Shown here: positions 7,752-19,528 of the stretch, piece by piece
Layout: each line of letters opens with the position of its first letter
Position numbering within the stretch: the first letter of the stretch is position 1
From: Bacillota bacterium
Lineage (GTDB): Bacteria > Bacillota > Clostridia > Christensenellales > CAG-917
Reading direction: 5' to 3'
Length of the DNA: 28,693 nucleotides
Assembly: GCA_050873585.1 (NCBI GenBank)
Contig: JBNMJA010000006.1
Location: 1-28,693 of the forward strand
The notes under the pieces: model-generated
What the model was told of the DNA's origin: nothing
Database searches by the model: none
The model's input: only the letters and a program-made list of their open reading frames with translations
Translations under genes and position numbers: made by a program

Positions 7752-9399
7752 TGTTGTACTCCCAAAATCTGATTGTCCTGTGAAGCGCCCAAAGAAGTTT
7801 TTTGAGCGGAAGATGCGGAATGTCGTCCTTGCCGATGAGATTGAAAAGGAATGCGAGCCAAACGTACACGAGCAGGCATACTGCAAATCCTACGGCGAGC
7901 GAAGCAATATCGTTTTGAATAAACGAACAGATTGCGATTCCGCACAACGCCATTATAACACCCGAAACGAGATTTAGACCAACGTTTTTTTCAAGTCGCA
8001 GTCCGCAGATTTTGTAGTAGGACAAAAGAGTGCCGAAATAGGACACGACGGGAAGGGATAAAGAAGCGATTGCCGCGCCGTTGATTCCTATATATCTCGT
8101 CAATACGATGCCAAGCACGATTTTGACGATAATCGCACAAACGAGGCTTAAAACCGCGTATTTGGTCTTGTCAAGTGCCTGTAAGAGCGAAACGTAGATT
8201 TGCATCGTTGACAAGAACACGACGTTTGCCGCCGTGATTCGAAGCACGTTGACGGCAACGATTGCGTTGTCGTAAGACAAATCGGGATATAGCGCGCCTA
8301 TTATGTTTTTTGCAAATACGGCAAGGTAAAAAGCAAAGGGTATGCCCAAAAGATAGGCAAGGCGCACGCATAGACTGCTTTTGAGCATAACGCCGTCGAT
8401 ATCTCTCGTTACCCTCGAAGCAGACACCGACGGAACGATTGCAACCGCAAGCGACATTATCGCAACGACGGGCATATTGATAAGCGAATTTACAGGGCCC
8501 GAAATTATGCCGTACTGCGCCGTGGCTACGCTCTTTTCAAGCCCGAAAGCTTTGAGCATATTGACGACGATTACGCTGTCGAAAAAACTCGAAAGCGGCA
8601 TAAGCACGGACACCGCCGCTATGGGAAGAGCAACGTGCAATATTCCTTTTGCCTCGGCTTTGGTGATACGAAATCTTGCTCGTTTTTCGTTGTCGCCCTC
8701 TGCTTGCTCGACTGCAACCCTCGCGATGAGCGCGTTTTCTTTTTTCTGCTTTGCGCTTCGCACGAGATAGGTCAAAAGCATATAAAGCACGGTGGCTATC
8801 TCGCTGACGGTTACGCCCAAAAGCGCGCCGCAGACTGCGTATACCACTCCTCTTTTTGCAAGAGCGTAGGACAGACCGAGTCCGACGGCAAGTTTGACGA
8901 CTTGCTCGACTACGTTTGAAAGCGCGGTCGGGAGCATATACATTTCGCCTTGAAACCAACCTCGAAACCCCGATATCACGCACACGCATACGATTGCGGG
9001 CGCAATTATCAAAAAACCGGGGTACGTGTCGGCGTTGCCTTGCTTCTGCGCCAAAAACTTTGAAAAAACCGCCATAATCGTCGCAAAAATCAGTCCGAGC
9101 AAGAAAAGCGCGAGCATAGAAACCGAAAGATACTTCCTCGTCGGCTCTCCCGTCGCCCTCTTTTCGGCAACAGTACGTGAAAGCGCAGTGGGGATTCCTG
9201 CCGTTGCAAGCACCATAAAAAGCGCGTAGACGGGAAAAACGAGTTGATACATTCCCATACCCTCTGCGCCGAGCACGTTGGTGAGCGGAATTCGATAAAG
9301 CGCGCCGAGCATTTTGGCAACGACGCTTCCTATCAACAGCAGCGCCGCACCGGGCACTATGCGCTTGCTCTTTTGCGATTTTTTCAAACTCGATTTCAT
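7738..9399 (-). CDS. MOP-superfamily flippase-like membrane protein (SpoVB/YabM/MurJ family)
   Basis: Track ORF 7738..9432, trimmed to the ATG at 9397-9399, which overlaps the spoVT stop (ATGA). Polytopic membrane protein with an N-terminus of the type LLLIGSVVAKMLGALYRIPLTNVLGAEGMGMYQ. Its 3' end overlaps the mazG start by 14 nt. Confidence 0.85.
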   Translation of the reverse strand: MKSSLKKSQKSKRIVPGAALLLIGSVVAKMLGALYRIPLTNVLGAEGMGMYQLVFPVYALFMVLATAGIPTALSRTVAEKRATGEPTRKYLSVSMLALFLLGLIFATIMAVFSKFLAQKQGNADTYPGFLIIAPAIVCVCVISGFRGWFQGEMYMLPTALSNVVEQVVKLAVGLGLSYALAKRGVVYAVCGALLGVTVSEIATVLYMLLTYLVRSAKQKKENALIARVAVEQAEGDNEKRARFRITKAEAKGILHVALPIAAVSVLMPLSSFFDSVIVVNMLKAFGLEKSVATAQYGIISGPVNSLINMPVVAIMSLAVAIVPSVSASRVTRDIDGVMLKSSLCVRLAYLLGIPFAFYLAVFAKNIIGALYPDLSYDNAIVAVNVLRITAANVVFLSTMQIYVSLLQALDKTKYAVLSLVCAIIVKIVLGIVLTRYIGINGAAIASLSLPVVSYFGTLLSYYKICGLRLEKNVGLNLVSGVIMALCGIAICSFIQNDIASLAVGFAVCLLVYVWLAFLFNLIGKDDIPHLPLKKLLWALHRTIRFWEYNNETR

Positions 9400-9923
9400 T
9401 CCGTGAAAGTTGCCGAAACAAGTTCGGTGCAAAAGCGAAGATACTTGTCGTCCGAATCGGACGGTTTGCTATCCGAGAGCAAAAGCACCGCGCCGAGAAA
9501 ATCGCCGCTTGCGACGACGGGCTTGACGAGCGCGTAAGCGGACATCAAAACTTCGTTTTCAAAAATCTTCGCCACCTCGTCGCCCTGCAAAGACTCTTCT
9601 TTTCGCTTGCGTAATTCGTTTGAAAAAGAATCGGTGATTCTTTGACTTTGATAAGCCTTTTTGTTTTTGCCTTCCGCAACGACGACCTCGTTTGCGCTCA
9701 CGAGCAAAACGTCCTTGTCCGTTGCTTTGGCAAGAAGTTTTGCAACCGCCTTGCAACAAGACGTCGCGCTTTGAAATCCGCTGTAACGTCTTAGAGTCAA
9801 GCCGTCGTCGCTTGCGCAAATTTCCATTTCGTCCCCCACTTGCAAGCGCATTGTTTTGCGCATTTCTTTGGGGATGACTATACGTCCTAGTTCGTCGATT
9901 CTTCTTACGATTCCAACTGCCAT
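9396..9923 (-). CDS. spoVT: AbrB-family transcriptional regulator SpoVT (SpoVT-AbrB N-domain plus GAF-like C-domain)
   Basis: Track ORF 9396..9953, trimmed to the ATG at 9921-9923 preceded by GGAGG. The N-terminus MAVGIVRRIDELGRIVIPKEMRKTMRL is the looped-hinge-helix AbrB fold. The 175-aa length fits SpoVT rather than AbrB. Confidence 0.85.
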   Translation of the reverse strand: MAVGIVRRIDELGRIVIPKEMRKTMRLQVGDEMEICASDDGLTLRRYSGFQSATSCCKAVAKLLAKATDKDVLLVSANEVVVAEGKNKKAYQSQRITDSFSNELRKRKEESLQGDEVAKIFENEVLMSAYALVKPVVASGDFLGAVLLLSDSKPSDSDDKYLRFCTELVSATFTE

Positions 9924-9998
9924 AAAGCCTCCGTTTATGGTAGTATTTGTCAAAGTCGCGCTTATATTCCGCAGTTTGTAAAAATCAAAATAAATGAC

Positions 9999-10025
9999 AA
10001 AACACGCACTTTATATGCGTGTTTT
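9999..10025. terminator. Intrinsic terminator hairpin (A-run and T-run flanked)
   Basis: AAAACACGCA / TGCGTGTTTT 10-bp stem with a 7-nt loop, downstream of the minus-strand small ORF and upstream of spoVT. Confidence 0.6.
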
Positions 10026-10026
10026 G

Positions 10027-10035
10027 TGTGGATAA
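10027..10035. promoter_or_regulatory. Isolated perfect DnaA box (TGTGGATAA = reverse complement of TTATCCACA)
   Basis: Exact 9-mer match to the canonical DnaA-box consensus. It is solitary, so function is uncertain. Confidence 0.35.
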
Positions 10036-10080
10036 AACTATCGTTTCGCAAATGTCGTTGCGTTTGTATCGACTGAAAAA

Positions 10081-10365
10081 TCAAACGTAGAATTGTTTTG
10101 TCTTTGGTTTTTCAATGACTCTTTCAAGCACGAAGGAAGTGTAATCGACCTCTTCTATGAAGTCGCGCGGAAGGTACTTGACGCGGTTGAATCTTTCAAA
10201 ATGCTTGTAGTGCGTGGGAAGCGTGACGGGGGTTGCCACGTCGAGTTTGTACGAGATTTCCTGTAGCGTTCTTTGGAAATTGGACGGCGTGAGAGTGAGG
10301 TCGCTCTCGTAAATCACGTCGCGCAAAATCTTGTCGCCTTTCATAACTTTTGCCCAAATTTTCAT
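10081..10365 (-). CDS. Hypothetical 94-aa protein
   Basis: Track ORF 10081..10500, trimmed to the ATG at 10363-10365, which overlaps the stop of the upstream gene (TGATG), suggesting translational coupling. I recognise no domain. Confidence 0.5.
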   Translation of the reverse strand: MKIWAKVMKGDKILRDVIYESDLTLTPSNFQRTLQEISYKLDVATPVTLPTHYKHFERFNRVKYLPRDFIEEVDYTSFVLERVIEKPKTKQFYV

Positions 10366-10832
10366 CAGTATTCCTCTACTATTTCTCCGAAATAAAACGT
10401 GTGCAAGTCGCCTTGCGGATACCATTTTTGGACGTCTTTCAAATCCATATCGCCCATGGGAACGACGCCTACGATCTTGCACTCGAAGTATCTTTGGCAA
10501 CCGCCCACGACGAAGCCGTCAACTCTTTTTGCCTTGACCTTTTCAAGAGAACACTCCGCCCACTTGTCGTACTCTCTGCCGCTTTTCGTGCCGCAGAATT
10601 TCACTGCGTCGAGCATCTCGTGCATGGGCGGTACGCTCACGGTGAACGTGCCGCTTTTGTCGATAAATTCCTTGGTGTAGCGGCTATCTCTGACGGGGGC
10701 GACGAAAACTTTTTTGCCCCACATGACGCCTATCATGCCCCAACTTATCACCATAACGTTGTCGCCCGAGCATAAGAACGCGCCCGTGTTGAGAGCCGTG
10801 TCAAGACAAGATAAATTGTCGAATCTGTGCAT
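10365..10832 (-). CDS. Flavin reductase-like FMN-binding protein (flavoredoxin family)
   Basis: Track ORF 10365..11135, trimmed to the ATG at 10830-10832 (AGGAG 6 nt upstream). The sequence (GAFLCSGDNVMVISWGMIGVMWGK..., FTVSVP) resembles split-barrel flavin reductase domain proteins. Confidence 0.75.
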   Translation of the reverse strand: MHRFDNLSCLDTALNTGAFLCSGDNVMVISWGMIGVMWGKKVFVAPVRDSRYTKEFIDKSGTFTVSVPPMHEMLDAVKFCGTKSGREYDKWAECSLEKVKAKRVDGFVVGGCQRYFECKIVGVVPMGDMDLKDVQKWYPQGDLHTFYFGEIVEEY

Positions 10833-10988
10833 AAACTTCTCCTTGCGAAAACTATTATATGCAAAATCGCGATTGCAAGTCAACGCCCGATATTCAAAGC
10901 GTGACCGACTACGGCTCGTTTTGTGAAAAGCAAAAATATCACTCCGCTTTCGTTTGCGTTTTCGCTTTTTGTATGATAACATACTTGC

Positions 10989-11027
10989 GATGGTGTCGGC
11001 AATACCCATCAATAAAAAAAACCGAGG
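10989..11027 (+). promoter_or_regulatory. preQ1-I riboswitch (translational, SD-sequestering pseudoknot)
   Basis: GAUGG-UGUCGGCAAUA-CCAUC hairpin followed by an A-rich tail AAUAAAAAAAACCGAGG. The loop UCGG (10996-10999) can pair with the tail CCGA (11022-11025), overlapping the GAGG SD. This architecture parallels the Thermoanaerobacter preQ1-I aptamer, and it sits directly upstream of queT. Confidence 0.75.
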
Positions 11028-11033
11028 TGTATT

Positions 11034-11588
11034 TTGAAAAAATCTCTTGTTTATACGGCAAGAGCGGCTATTATCGCCGCTTTGTATTTTGCCCTTTCCG
11101 TCGCATTGAGCGCAATATCTTTCGGCCCCGTGCAATTTCGTATATCAGAAATTCTCGTTCTGCTGCCGATTATCTTTCCCGAAGCAATCCCCGGACTTGC
11201 GATAGGTTGTTTTTTCACAAACTTCTTTTTCTCGCCCTTCGGTGTGTTCGATATGGTGCTGGGTACGCTTGCAACGCTCATCGGCGCGGTCGGAACGTAT
11301 CTTTTGCGCCGCCGCCCCCTGCTTGCAACCCTTCCGCCCATAATCGCAAACACTTTGCTCGTGCCGCTGATATTCGTGCTTAACGACGCCTCGTCGATAT
11401 ACTATATCTCTATGTTTGAAATCCTTGCGTCGCAAATCATAACCTGCATCGTTTTGGGTCTGCCCTTTACGTTCGCACTCAAAAAAGCGATGATTGCCGC
11501 ACATATTCCTCTTCCCCACTCCTCAAAGTACGACACTCAACCGTACCGCCGTATATTGCACGGTGACGAAGAGGACGACGAGGATTGA
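11034..11588 (+). CDS. queT: Queuosine precursor transporter QueT (ECF-type S component)
   Basis: 184-aa multi-pass membrane ORF with a TTG start 6 nt after GAGG. QueT-like sequence (FGPVQFRISEILVLLP...). The association with a preQ1 riboswitch is typical. Confidence 0.8.
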   Translation: MKKSLVYTARAAIIAALYFALSVALSAISFGPVQFRISEILVLLPIIFPEAIPGLAIGCFFTNFFFSPFGVFDMVLGTLATLIGAVGTYLLRRRPLLATLPPIIANTLLVPLIFVLNDASSIYYISMFEILASQIITCIVLGLPFTFALKKAMIAAHIPLPHSSKYDTQPYRRILHGDEEDDED

Positions 11589-11649
11589 TTCGTAGTATAG
11601 TTTAAACTTCGTAAAACTATAGTGCAAATATAAAATCCGATTTGACATA

Positions 11650-11687
11650 AAAAAAGAAGCCCCGTATGAGAGGCTTCTTTCTTTTTT
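11650..11687. terminator. Bidirectional intrinsic terminator between queT and the GH13 gene
   Basis: AGAAGCC / GGCTTCT stem, with an A-run upstream and TTTCTTTTTT downstream. Confidence 0.75.
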
Positions 11688-11695
11688 GTAAGTTT

Positions 11696-13393
11696 TTATT
11701 TTGCAAGCGGCGTGTAGAACACTTTGCCTGCGTAGGGTTTGAGGGCGTCTCCGAACGGTTCGTCGTAGACTGAGAGAAGTTCGGTTGCGCCTTGCGGAAT
11801 GAACTTCTTCGCCTTTGCCGCGCTTACCTCTTTCTTGCTGAGGTTGATAACCACGGTGAGTTTGCTCTTGCCGTCCTCGGCTATCTTGTCGTAGACGAAA
11901 AGTTGTCTGTCTTTTGGCAGATACAACTTGAATTGTCCGTAAACCGCCGTGTCCTTGTATTCCTTGCGAAGAGCCATTGCTTTTTGATAGAAATACCACA
12001 CGGAATTTTCGTCCTGCATCGCCTTTTCGACGTTGACTTCGGGATAGTTGGGATTGACGGTGTACCACGGAGTGACGGTGGAGAAGCCTGCGTTTTTGCT
12101 TCCGCTCCATTGCACGGGCGTGCGTGCGCAGTCGCGTGCCGCCGTGTGCGCCACTTTGAGAATATGCTTGTCGCTGAATCCGAATTTCTTCATAAGATCG
12201 CGCACGCAGAACGTCGAAACGTCTTTGAATTGCGACCACGGGTCTGAGCCCTTGGGATATTTGTCGAAATAGAGCGCGGTCATGCCGATTTCTTGTCCCT
12301 GATAGACGAAATGCGTGCCCGAAAGGAAGGTGTACGCCATGCAAAGCGCCTTGCCGCTCTCAACTCTGTACTCCTCGCTGCCGTATCTCGATATGACGCG
12401 GGAGTGGTCGTGGTTTTCAAGATAGTTTGCGTTCCACGCTCTGTGATAGAGTTTGGTCTGCCACTCGTTGAAGGTCTTTTTGAGTTTGGGAAGACTGAAA
12501 GGCGTGCGTACCCACTGGATGATGATGCAATCCGCTTGCATATGTTGGAAAGATATCATCATATCGAGTTCTTTCTTGTTCTCGTTGACGTAGGTGAGCG
12601 CAGTTTTGACGTTCATAAGCGGCGCTTCGCCGACCTGGAACGCATCGTACTGCTCGATGACCTTGCGATATTCCTGCAAATACTCGTGGATATGCGGACC
12701 GTTGTTGTAATGCTCCATACCCCTCGAAGCGGGCATGAGCCAGTTGCCGTTTGGCAAGCCCTCTACCTTGCTTATCTGCGTGATGACGTCCTCGCGGAAT
12801 CCGTCAACGCCCATATCGAGCCAGAATCTCATAACGTCTTTGACCGCTTCTCTGACCTTTGGGTTGTCGTGGTTGAGGTCGGGTTGTTCCTTGGCGTAGA
12901 GGTGGAGATAGAACTCGCCTCGTTGCTCGTTGTACTCCCACGCAGAGCCGGGGAAAGTGGACATCCAGTTGTTGGGGACTTTCTTGCCGTCCTTGCCTTT
13001 GCCCTTGCGCCAGATATAAAAATCGGTGTAAGGCTCAATTCTCGCGCAACTCTTTTTGAACCAATCGTGTTGGTCGGAAGTGTGGTTGATGACCAAATCC
13101 ATAATCACTCGCATACCGAGCGCGTGCGCTTTTTCAAGCACCGCCTTGAAGTCGTCGAGAGTGCCGTATTCGGGGTTGATATTTTTGTAATCGGCAATGT
13201 CGTATCCGTAGTCCGCTTGCGGAGAAACGTACAAAGGAGAGAACCAAATTGCATCGCTTCCAAGACTCTTTATGTATTCGAGTTTTGAAAGAACGCCCTT
13301 CAAATCGCCTATGCCGTCGTCGTTTCCATCGCAAAAAGAGCGGGGCCAAATCTGATAAACGGACATTTCCTTAAACCATTTTCTTTCTTCCAT
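11696..13393 (-). CDS. GH13 alpha-glucosidase (oligo-1,6-glucosidase / glucan 1,6-alpha-glucosidase type)
   Basis: 565-aa ORF. N-terminus WFKEMSVYQIWPRSFCDGNDDGIGDLKGV, plus the GH13 conserved regions DLVINHTS, GVDGFREDV and YLENHDHSR. GGAG RBS. Confidence 0.9.
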   Translation of the reverse strand: MEERKWFKEMSVYQIWPRSFCDGNDDGIGDLKGVLSKLEYIKSLGSDAIWFSPLYVSPQADYGYDIADYKNINPEYGTLDDFKAVLEKAHALGMRVIMDLVINHTSDQHDWFKKSCARIEPYTDFYIWRKGKGKDGKKVPNNWMSTFPGSAWEYNEQRGEFYLHLYAKEQPDLNHDNPKVREAVKDVMRFWLDMGVDGFREDVITQISKVEGLPNGNWLMPASRGMEHYNNGPHIHEYLQEYRKVIEQYDAFQVGEAPLMNVKTALTYVNENKKELDMMISFQHMQADCIIIQWVRTPFSLPKLKKTFNEWQTKLYHRAWNANYLENHDHSRVISRYGSEEYRVESGKALCMAYTFLSGTHFVYQGQEIGMTALYFDKYPKGSDPWSQFKDVSTFCVRDLMKKFGFSDKHILKVAHTAARDCARTPVQWSGSKNAGFSTVTPWYTVNPNYPEVNVEKAMQDENSVWYFYQKAMALRKEYKDTAVYGQFKLYLPKDRQLFVYDKIAEDGKSKLTVVINLSKKEVSAAKAKKFIPQGATELLSVYDEPFGDALKPYAGKVFYTPLAK

Positions 13394-13451
13394 AATTATC
13401 TCCTATTATGCAAAAAAGAGGGTTTACACCTCGTTTTTGCAGTTATAAACG

Positions 13452-16031
13452 TCAGTTTTCGCTGTTTTCGGTTGTTTCGGTCGTTTCTGCGACGGCGGTC
13501 TCTTCGCCCTCGGAAACGACGTTTTCAATCACGTTGCCGTCTTCGTCAAGCGCGACTTCTTCCTCTTCTTCGTGAGGTGTGAGCGCAATCGCCATAACTT
13601 TGAACTTGTCGTCTTTGAGTTTCATGATGCGCACGCCTTGCGTCGCTCTGCCGATCTTGCTGATTTCGTCCGCTTGGACTCTGATGATGACGCCGCTGTC
13701 GGTGATCATCATAACGTCGGTGTCCGCCGGAATGACTTTGAGGCTTACGAGCGTGCCCGTCTTGTCGTTGAACGTGCCTGCTTTGACACCCTTGCCCGCT
13801 CTGTTCTGGATCGGATAGTCGTCGATGCTGCTGCGCTTGCCGTAGCCGTTGGACGTGACCGTGAGGATTTCGTCGCCGGGATGCACCACGTCGAACGCGA
13901 CCAAAGTCGTGTCGCCCGAAATGTTCATCGCCTTAACGCCCATTGCCGTTCTGCCGACCGGACGTACGTCTTGCTCGTTGAAGTGGATGCTCATGCCTTG
14001 GCTGGACGCTACCAAAATCTCGTCTTTGCCCGTGGTGATGACTGCGCCGATAAGTTCGTCGTCATCGTTGAACTTGATAGCAATCTTGCCGTTACGCTTG
14101 ATGGAATCGTACTCTTCGAGCGGAGTCTTTTTGATGAGTCCTTTCTTGGTGGCGAGCATGAGGAATTTGTCCTCTCTCTCCTCGGGCATTTGCAGGAAGG
14201 CCTGTATCTTCTCGCCTTGTTCGAGTTGCAAGAGGTTTACCGCCGCTCTGCCGCGCGCGTTGCGGGTCGCTTCGGGAATCTCGTAGCCCTTGAGCGTGAA
14301 TACCTTGCCCTTGTTGGTGAAGAACATGATGCGCTCGTGCGTGTTGGACGTGAAGATTCTCTCAACGAAGTCTTCGTCCTTCGCCTTGTGAGCCGTGATG
14401 CCCATTCCGCCTCTGTGCTGAGCCTTGTATTCGGCGACCGGCATACGCTTGATATAGCCGCCGTGAGTCATCGAAATGACGACGTCTTCTTTCTCGATGA
14501 GGTCCTCTACGTCGATGTCGCCGTAGTCGTAGGTGAGTTCGCTCATTCTCGGCGTGTTGTACTGCGCCTTGATGTCGGTCATCTCTTTGATGATGATGTT
14601 CTTCACTTCCTCATCACTGGAAAGCACCATGTTGAAATATGCGATTTGTTTGTCGAGATCTTCGAGTTCCGCATTGATCTTTTCGACTTCGAGTCCCGTC
14701 AAGCGTTGCAGACGCATATCAAGGATTGCCGCCGCCTGCTTGTCGCTCAAGCCGTAGTTTTCCATAAGTTTGGAAATGGCGTCTTGTCTGTCGCGAGATT
14801 TCTTCAAAAGTTCGACGATTGCGTCGATATTTTCAAGCGCGATGTGCAAACCGAGCAAAATGTGTTGTCTTTCTTGCGCTTTTTCAAGGTCGAAACGCGT
14901 TCTGCGCACGATTACGTCCTTTTGGTGAGCAACGTAGCATTCCAATATCTCTTTGAGGTTGAGAACGCGAGGTACGCCGTCTACGAGCGCGAGCATGATC
15001 ATGCTGAACGTCGTTTGCATCTGCGTTTGCTTGTAAAGTTGGTTGAGAAGAACTTGCGCGTTGACGTCCTTTTTGAGTTCGATGACTATGCGCATGCCGT
15101 GTCTGTCCGTTTCTTCTCTCAAATCGCTGATGCCTTCAAGACGTTTGTCTTTGACTTGATCGGCTATGTTTTCGATAAGTTTTGCTTTGTTGACCTGATA
15201 GGGTATCTCGGTGACGACGATGCGGCTCTTGCCGTTTGCCATCTCTTCGATTTCCGCCTTCGCGCGAAGCACGCACGCACCTCTGCCCGTGCGATACGCC
15301 TGCTTGATGGAGTGTCTGCCAAGTACGAGCGCTCCCGTGGGGAAATCCGGTGCGGGAATGTATTCCATAAGGTCGTCAACCGTTGCGTCGGGATTTTGCA
15401 AGAGCGCGACGGACGCGTCGATTACCTCGCCGAGATTGTGAGGAGGAATGGACGTTGCCATACCGACTGCGATACCGTCAGAGCCGTTGACGAGCAAGTT
15501 GGGGAATCTCGAAGGCAACACTACGGGTTGTTCGCGAGTGTCGTCGAAGTTGGGATAGAAATCAACCGTCTTTTTGTCGATGTCGCGGATCATTTCGAGC
15601 GCGATCTTGGAAAGACGAGCCTCGGTGTAACGATATGCAGCGGCGGGGTCGCCGTCTATCGAGCCGAAGTTGCCGTGTCCGTCAATGAGCGGACAGCGTA
15701 TGGAGAAGTCCTGCGCAAGACGTACCATTGCGTCGTACACCGAACTGTCGCCGTGGGGGTGATATTTGCCAAGCACTTCACCGACGACCATAGCGCACTT
15801 ACGATAAGGCTTGTCGGGAGTGAGGCCGAGTTCACTCATAGCGTAAAGAATACGTCTGTGAACGGGCTTCAAACCGTCTCTTACGTCGGGGATTGCACGG
15901 GACACGTTGACCGCCATCGCATATGCGATAAATGACTTTTTAAGCTCGCCGTTGATTTCCACGTCTTTGACGGTGGAGTTGGCTATATGTTGAATATATT
16001 CGTTGTTTTTGTCGTCTCTTATGTTCGCCAT
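13452..16031 (-). CDS. gyrA: DNA gyrase subunit A
   Basis: 859-aa ORF with [11 protein letters not shown] (active-site Tyr region), the [22 protein letters not shown] block and an acidic C-terminal tail. GGAGG RBS. Confidence 0.97.
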   Translation of the reverse strand: MANIRDDKNNEYIQHIANSTVKDVEINGELKKSFIAYAMAVNVSRAIPDVRDGLKPVHRRILYAMSELGLTPDKPYRKCAMVVGEVLGKYHPHGDSSVYDAMVRLAQDFSIRCPLIDGHGNFGSIDGDPAAAYRYTEARLSKIALEMIRDIDKKTVDFYPNFDDTREQPVVLPSRFPNLLVNGSDGIAVGMATSIPPHNLGEVIDASVALLQNPDATVDDLMEYIPAPDFPTGALVLGRHSIKQAYRTGRGACVLRAKAEIEEMANGKSRIVVTEIPYQVNKAKLIENIADQVKDKRLEGISDLREETDRHGMRIVIELKKDVNAQVLLNQLYKQTQMQTTFSMIMLALVDGVPRVLNLKEILECYVAHQKDVIVRRTRFDLEKAQERQHILLGLHIALENIDAIVELLKKSRDRQDAISKLMENYGLSDKQAAAILDMRLQRLTGLEVEKINAELEDLDKQIAYFNMVLSSDEEVKNIIIKEMTDIKAQYNTPRMSELTYDYGDIDVEDLIEKEDVVISMTHGGYIKRMPVAEYKAQHRGGMGITAHKAKDEDFVERIFTSNTHERIMFFTNKGKVFTLKGYEIPEATRNARGRAAVNLLQLEQGEKIQAFLQMPEEREDKFLMLATKKGLIKKTPLEEYDSIKRNGKIAIKFNDDDELIGAVITTGKDEILVASSQGMSIHFNEQDVRPVGRTAMGVKAMNISGDTTLVAFDVVHPGDEILTVTSNGYGKRSSIDDYPIQNRAGKGVKAGTFNDKTGTLVSLKVIPADTDVMMITDSGVIIRVQADEISKIGRATQGVRIMKLKDDKFKVMAIALTPHEEEEEVALDEDGNVIENVVSEGEETAVAETTETTENSEN

Positions 16032-16041
16032 AACTGCCTCC

Positions 16042-17976
<1,935 letters not shown>

Positions 17977-18111
17977 TTAGTAAGTAATATATTATTATTT
18001 CAATAATAATAAGTAAAATTATTATAACAACTTATAAACAAAATATCAAGGGTTTTGGCGAAAGTTTTATTTGCGGTTGCCACCGCGTAATTGCTTGCGT
18101 GAAGAGCGTTT

Positions 18112-18828
18112 TTGCTTTACTATGTGGTTATGAGTATTAAAGAAGCACTGAAAACCCCGTCGAATACCGACGAACTCAAGCAATTGTACAAGGACAACGG
18201 GCTGGTTTACTACACGCCGAAAGAGGAGTTGTTCAACTCCCTCTCGCACGGACTCGGCGCGGCGGCGGCTCTCGTTTTTATGATTTTTATGTTGCAGAAA
18301 GCAAACTCGGCGGCGTCATACGCGACCGCAGTGTTGTCCTGCGCTATGATTGCAATCGAATTCACGGTGTCGGCAATATATCACGGCGTGACGGACATGC
18401 GCAAAAAACTGTTGTGGAGAACGCTCGATTTTCCATCCGTCAACCTCAACGTTATCGCGTGCGCAACCGCAACATGCCTTTTGTACGATAACGTTTACGG
18501 CTACGTTGCGCTCGGACTCTCTTTTGCAATCGCAATCGTCATATTTGCCCTTTGCATATACAAGTTCGGCGTTTTCAGAAAAGTGTCGGTCGCATCGACG
18601 TTCCTAATCGGCGGTCTGATGTTTGCGGCATTCTTCACGGCGTACTTCTCAGAGAAAGGCATATCGCTTGAAACGAGCATGGTTTATCTTGCAGGCCTCG
18701 TGTCCTGCCTCCTCGGCGCAGCGGTGTTCGGCGTGCACAAACGCTACGTACATTGCCTGTTCCACGTGTTCGTACTCGTCGGACCGATATTGTTCCTCGT
18801 GGCAACCTACCTTCAAATCATCGCGTAA
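18112..18828 (+). CDS. Hemolysin III / PAQR family membrane protein
   Basis: 238-aa ORF; the alternative ATG at 18130 would give 232 aa. Seven hydrophobic segments. An N-terminal EELFNSLSHGLG block and a C-terminal HCLFHVFVLVG block are typical of the family. Confidence 0.85.
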   Translation: MLYYVVMSIKEALKTPSNTDELKQLYKDNGLVYYTPKEELFNSLSHGLGAAAALVFMIFMLQKANSAASYATAVLSCAMIAIEFTVSAIYHGVTDMRKKLLWRTLDFPSVNLNVIACATATCLLYDNVYGYVALGLSFAIAIVIFALCIYKFGVFRKVSVASTFLIGGLMFAAFFTAYFSEKGISLETSMVYLAGLVSCLLGAAVFGVHKRYVHCLFHVFVLVGPILFLVATYLQIIA

Positions 18829-18989
18829 AACAAACGCTCCGCCAAAGTGCAATCACGCTAAAACGGGGCGTTTTAATTTTGCCGCATTCGTTAACTTGTA
18901 GACCTTTTTACAGCGCTTTTTTCTAGCATACATTTTTTCAAGCGTCGAAATCGGGTGTGGATATGTTTATATGTGGAATGACGTGAAAC

Positions 18990-19005
18990 GCCACTAAACA
19001 GTGGC
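18990..19005. repeat. CCACT-N4-AGTGG hairpin motif, copy 1 (GCCACTAAACAGTGGC)
   Basis: Inverted repeat GCCACT/AGTGGC with spacer AAAC. It directly follows a parS half site, ACGTGAAAC (18981-18989). Confidence 0.5.
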
Positions 19006-19441
19006 ATATTTGCCAATAATATAACGAGACAACACACGATTGCAACTCTTGAAAACGAAATACGAATATGCCGCGTGCGTATGCGCTACAAGAAGCACGT
19101 GGAAGCAAGAATAATCATCGTGAACTCCGTATCGTAAAGCCTTATTACCTTGACATTTCTATAAATTCAGAAAACAAAACGCTGTTTACAGACAGAATCG
19201 AACATATAAAACGTAATAAAACCAGCCTATTAAGGATGAGAAAGCGAACACCGTTTTATATCAAAACATCAGAGAAAAGCGTTGCAATTTAAAACCATAG
19301 AAATATTGTGAAACAGACAAATTTTTATAGAAAAATTGCGAAACAAATCGAGCGTAAAAATTCAGGTGAAAGCCCGAGATTTTTCCTGTAAAATTTTACA
19401 GGGAGAAAGGACAAAAATTCCGTTTTCTCACACAAAAAACC

Positions 19442-19473
19442 GCCAAAACCCTACTAAATAGTGGGTTTTTGGC
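19442..19473. repeat. CCACT-N4-AGTGG-type motif, copy 2, embedded in a longer hairpin
   Basis: GCCAAAACCC-TACTAAATAGT-GGGTTTTTGGC, with core CTACTAAATAGTGG at 19451-19464. It lies 7 nt upstream of parS at 19480. Confidence 0.5.
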
Positions 19474-19479
19474 AGTTCT

Positions 19480-19495
19480 CGTTTCACGTGAAACC
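19480..19495. other. parS: parS site (cGTTTCACGTGAAACc, 14/16 to TGTTNCACGTGAAACA; perfect 14-bp palindrome)
   Basis: Direct match to the Firmicutes/Bacillus Spo0J-binding consensus. Intergenic location. Confidence 0.8.
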
Positions 19496-19512
19496 GACGA
19501 CGAAAATTTGAT

Positions 19513-19528
19513 TGTTCCACGTGAAACA
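19513..19528. other. parS: parS site (TGTTCCACGTGAAACA, 16/16)
   Basis: Exact match to the canonical B. subtilis parS sequence. Confidence 0.9.

Noticed and set aside
6699-7886. Long N-terminal extensions in track ORFs (6699-7886, 7738-9432, 9396-9953, 10081-10500, 10365-11135, 876-2252, 2179-3063, 21239-21979, 23443-24216, 26457-27893).
   Set aside because: Internal start codons have proper SD sequences or promoter geometry and give N-termini typical of the families. The extensions overlap upstream genes or promoters and are compositionally odd.
13572-15935. 787-aa plus-strand ORF. Similar long antisense ORFs occur at 16807-18006, 16003-16665, 12293-13288, 5753-6535, 960-1757 and 3924-4415.
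   Set aside because: These are mirror ORFs opposite unmistakable genes (gyrA, gyrB, GH13, dus, SGNH hydrolase, ppiB). Their translations are low-complexity (R/V/D/F-rich) with no recognisable motifs. Long antisense frames are expected opposite highly biased coding sequence.
19068-19292. 74-aa ORF (and 19396-19623 minus, 19469-19726 plus) in the AT-rich island.
   Set aside because: Low-complexity K/N/R-rich translations with no RBS. These are typical chance ORFs in AT-rich DNA.
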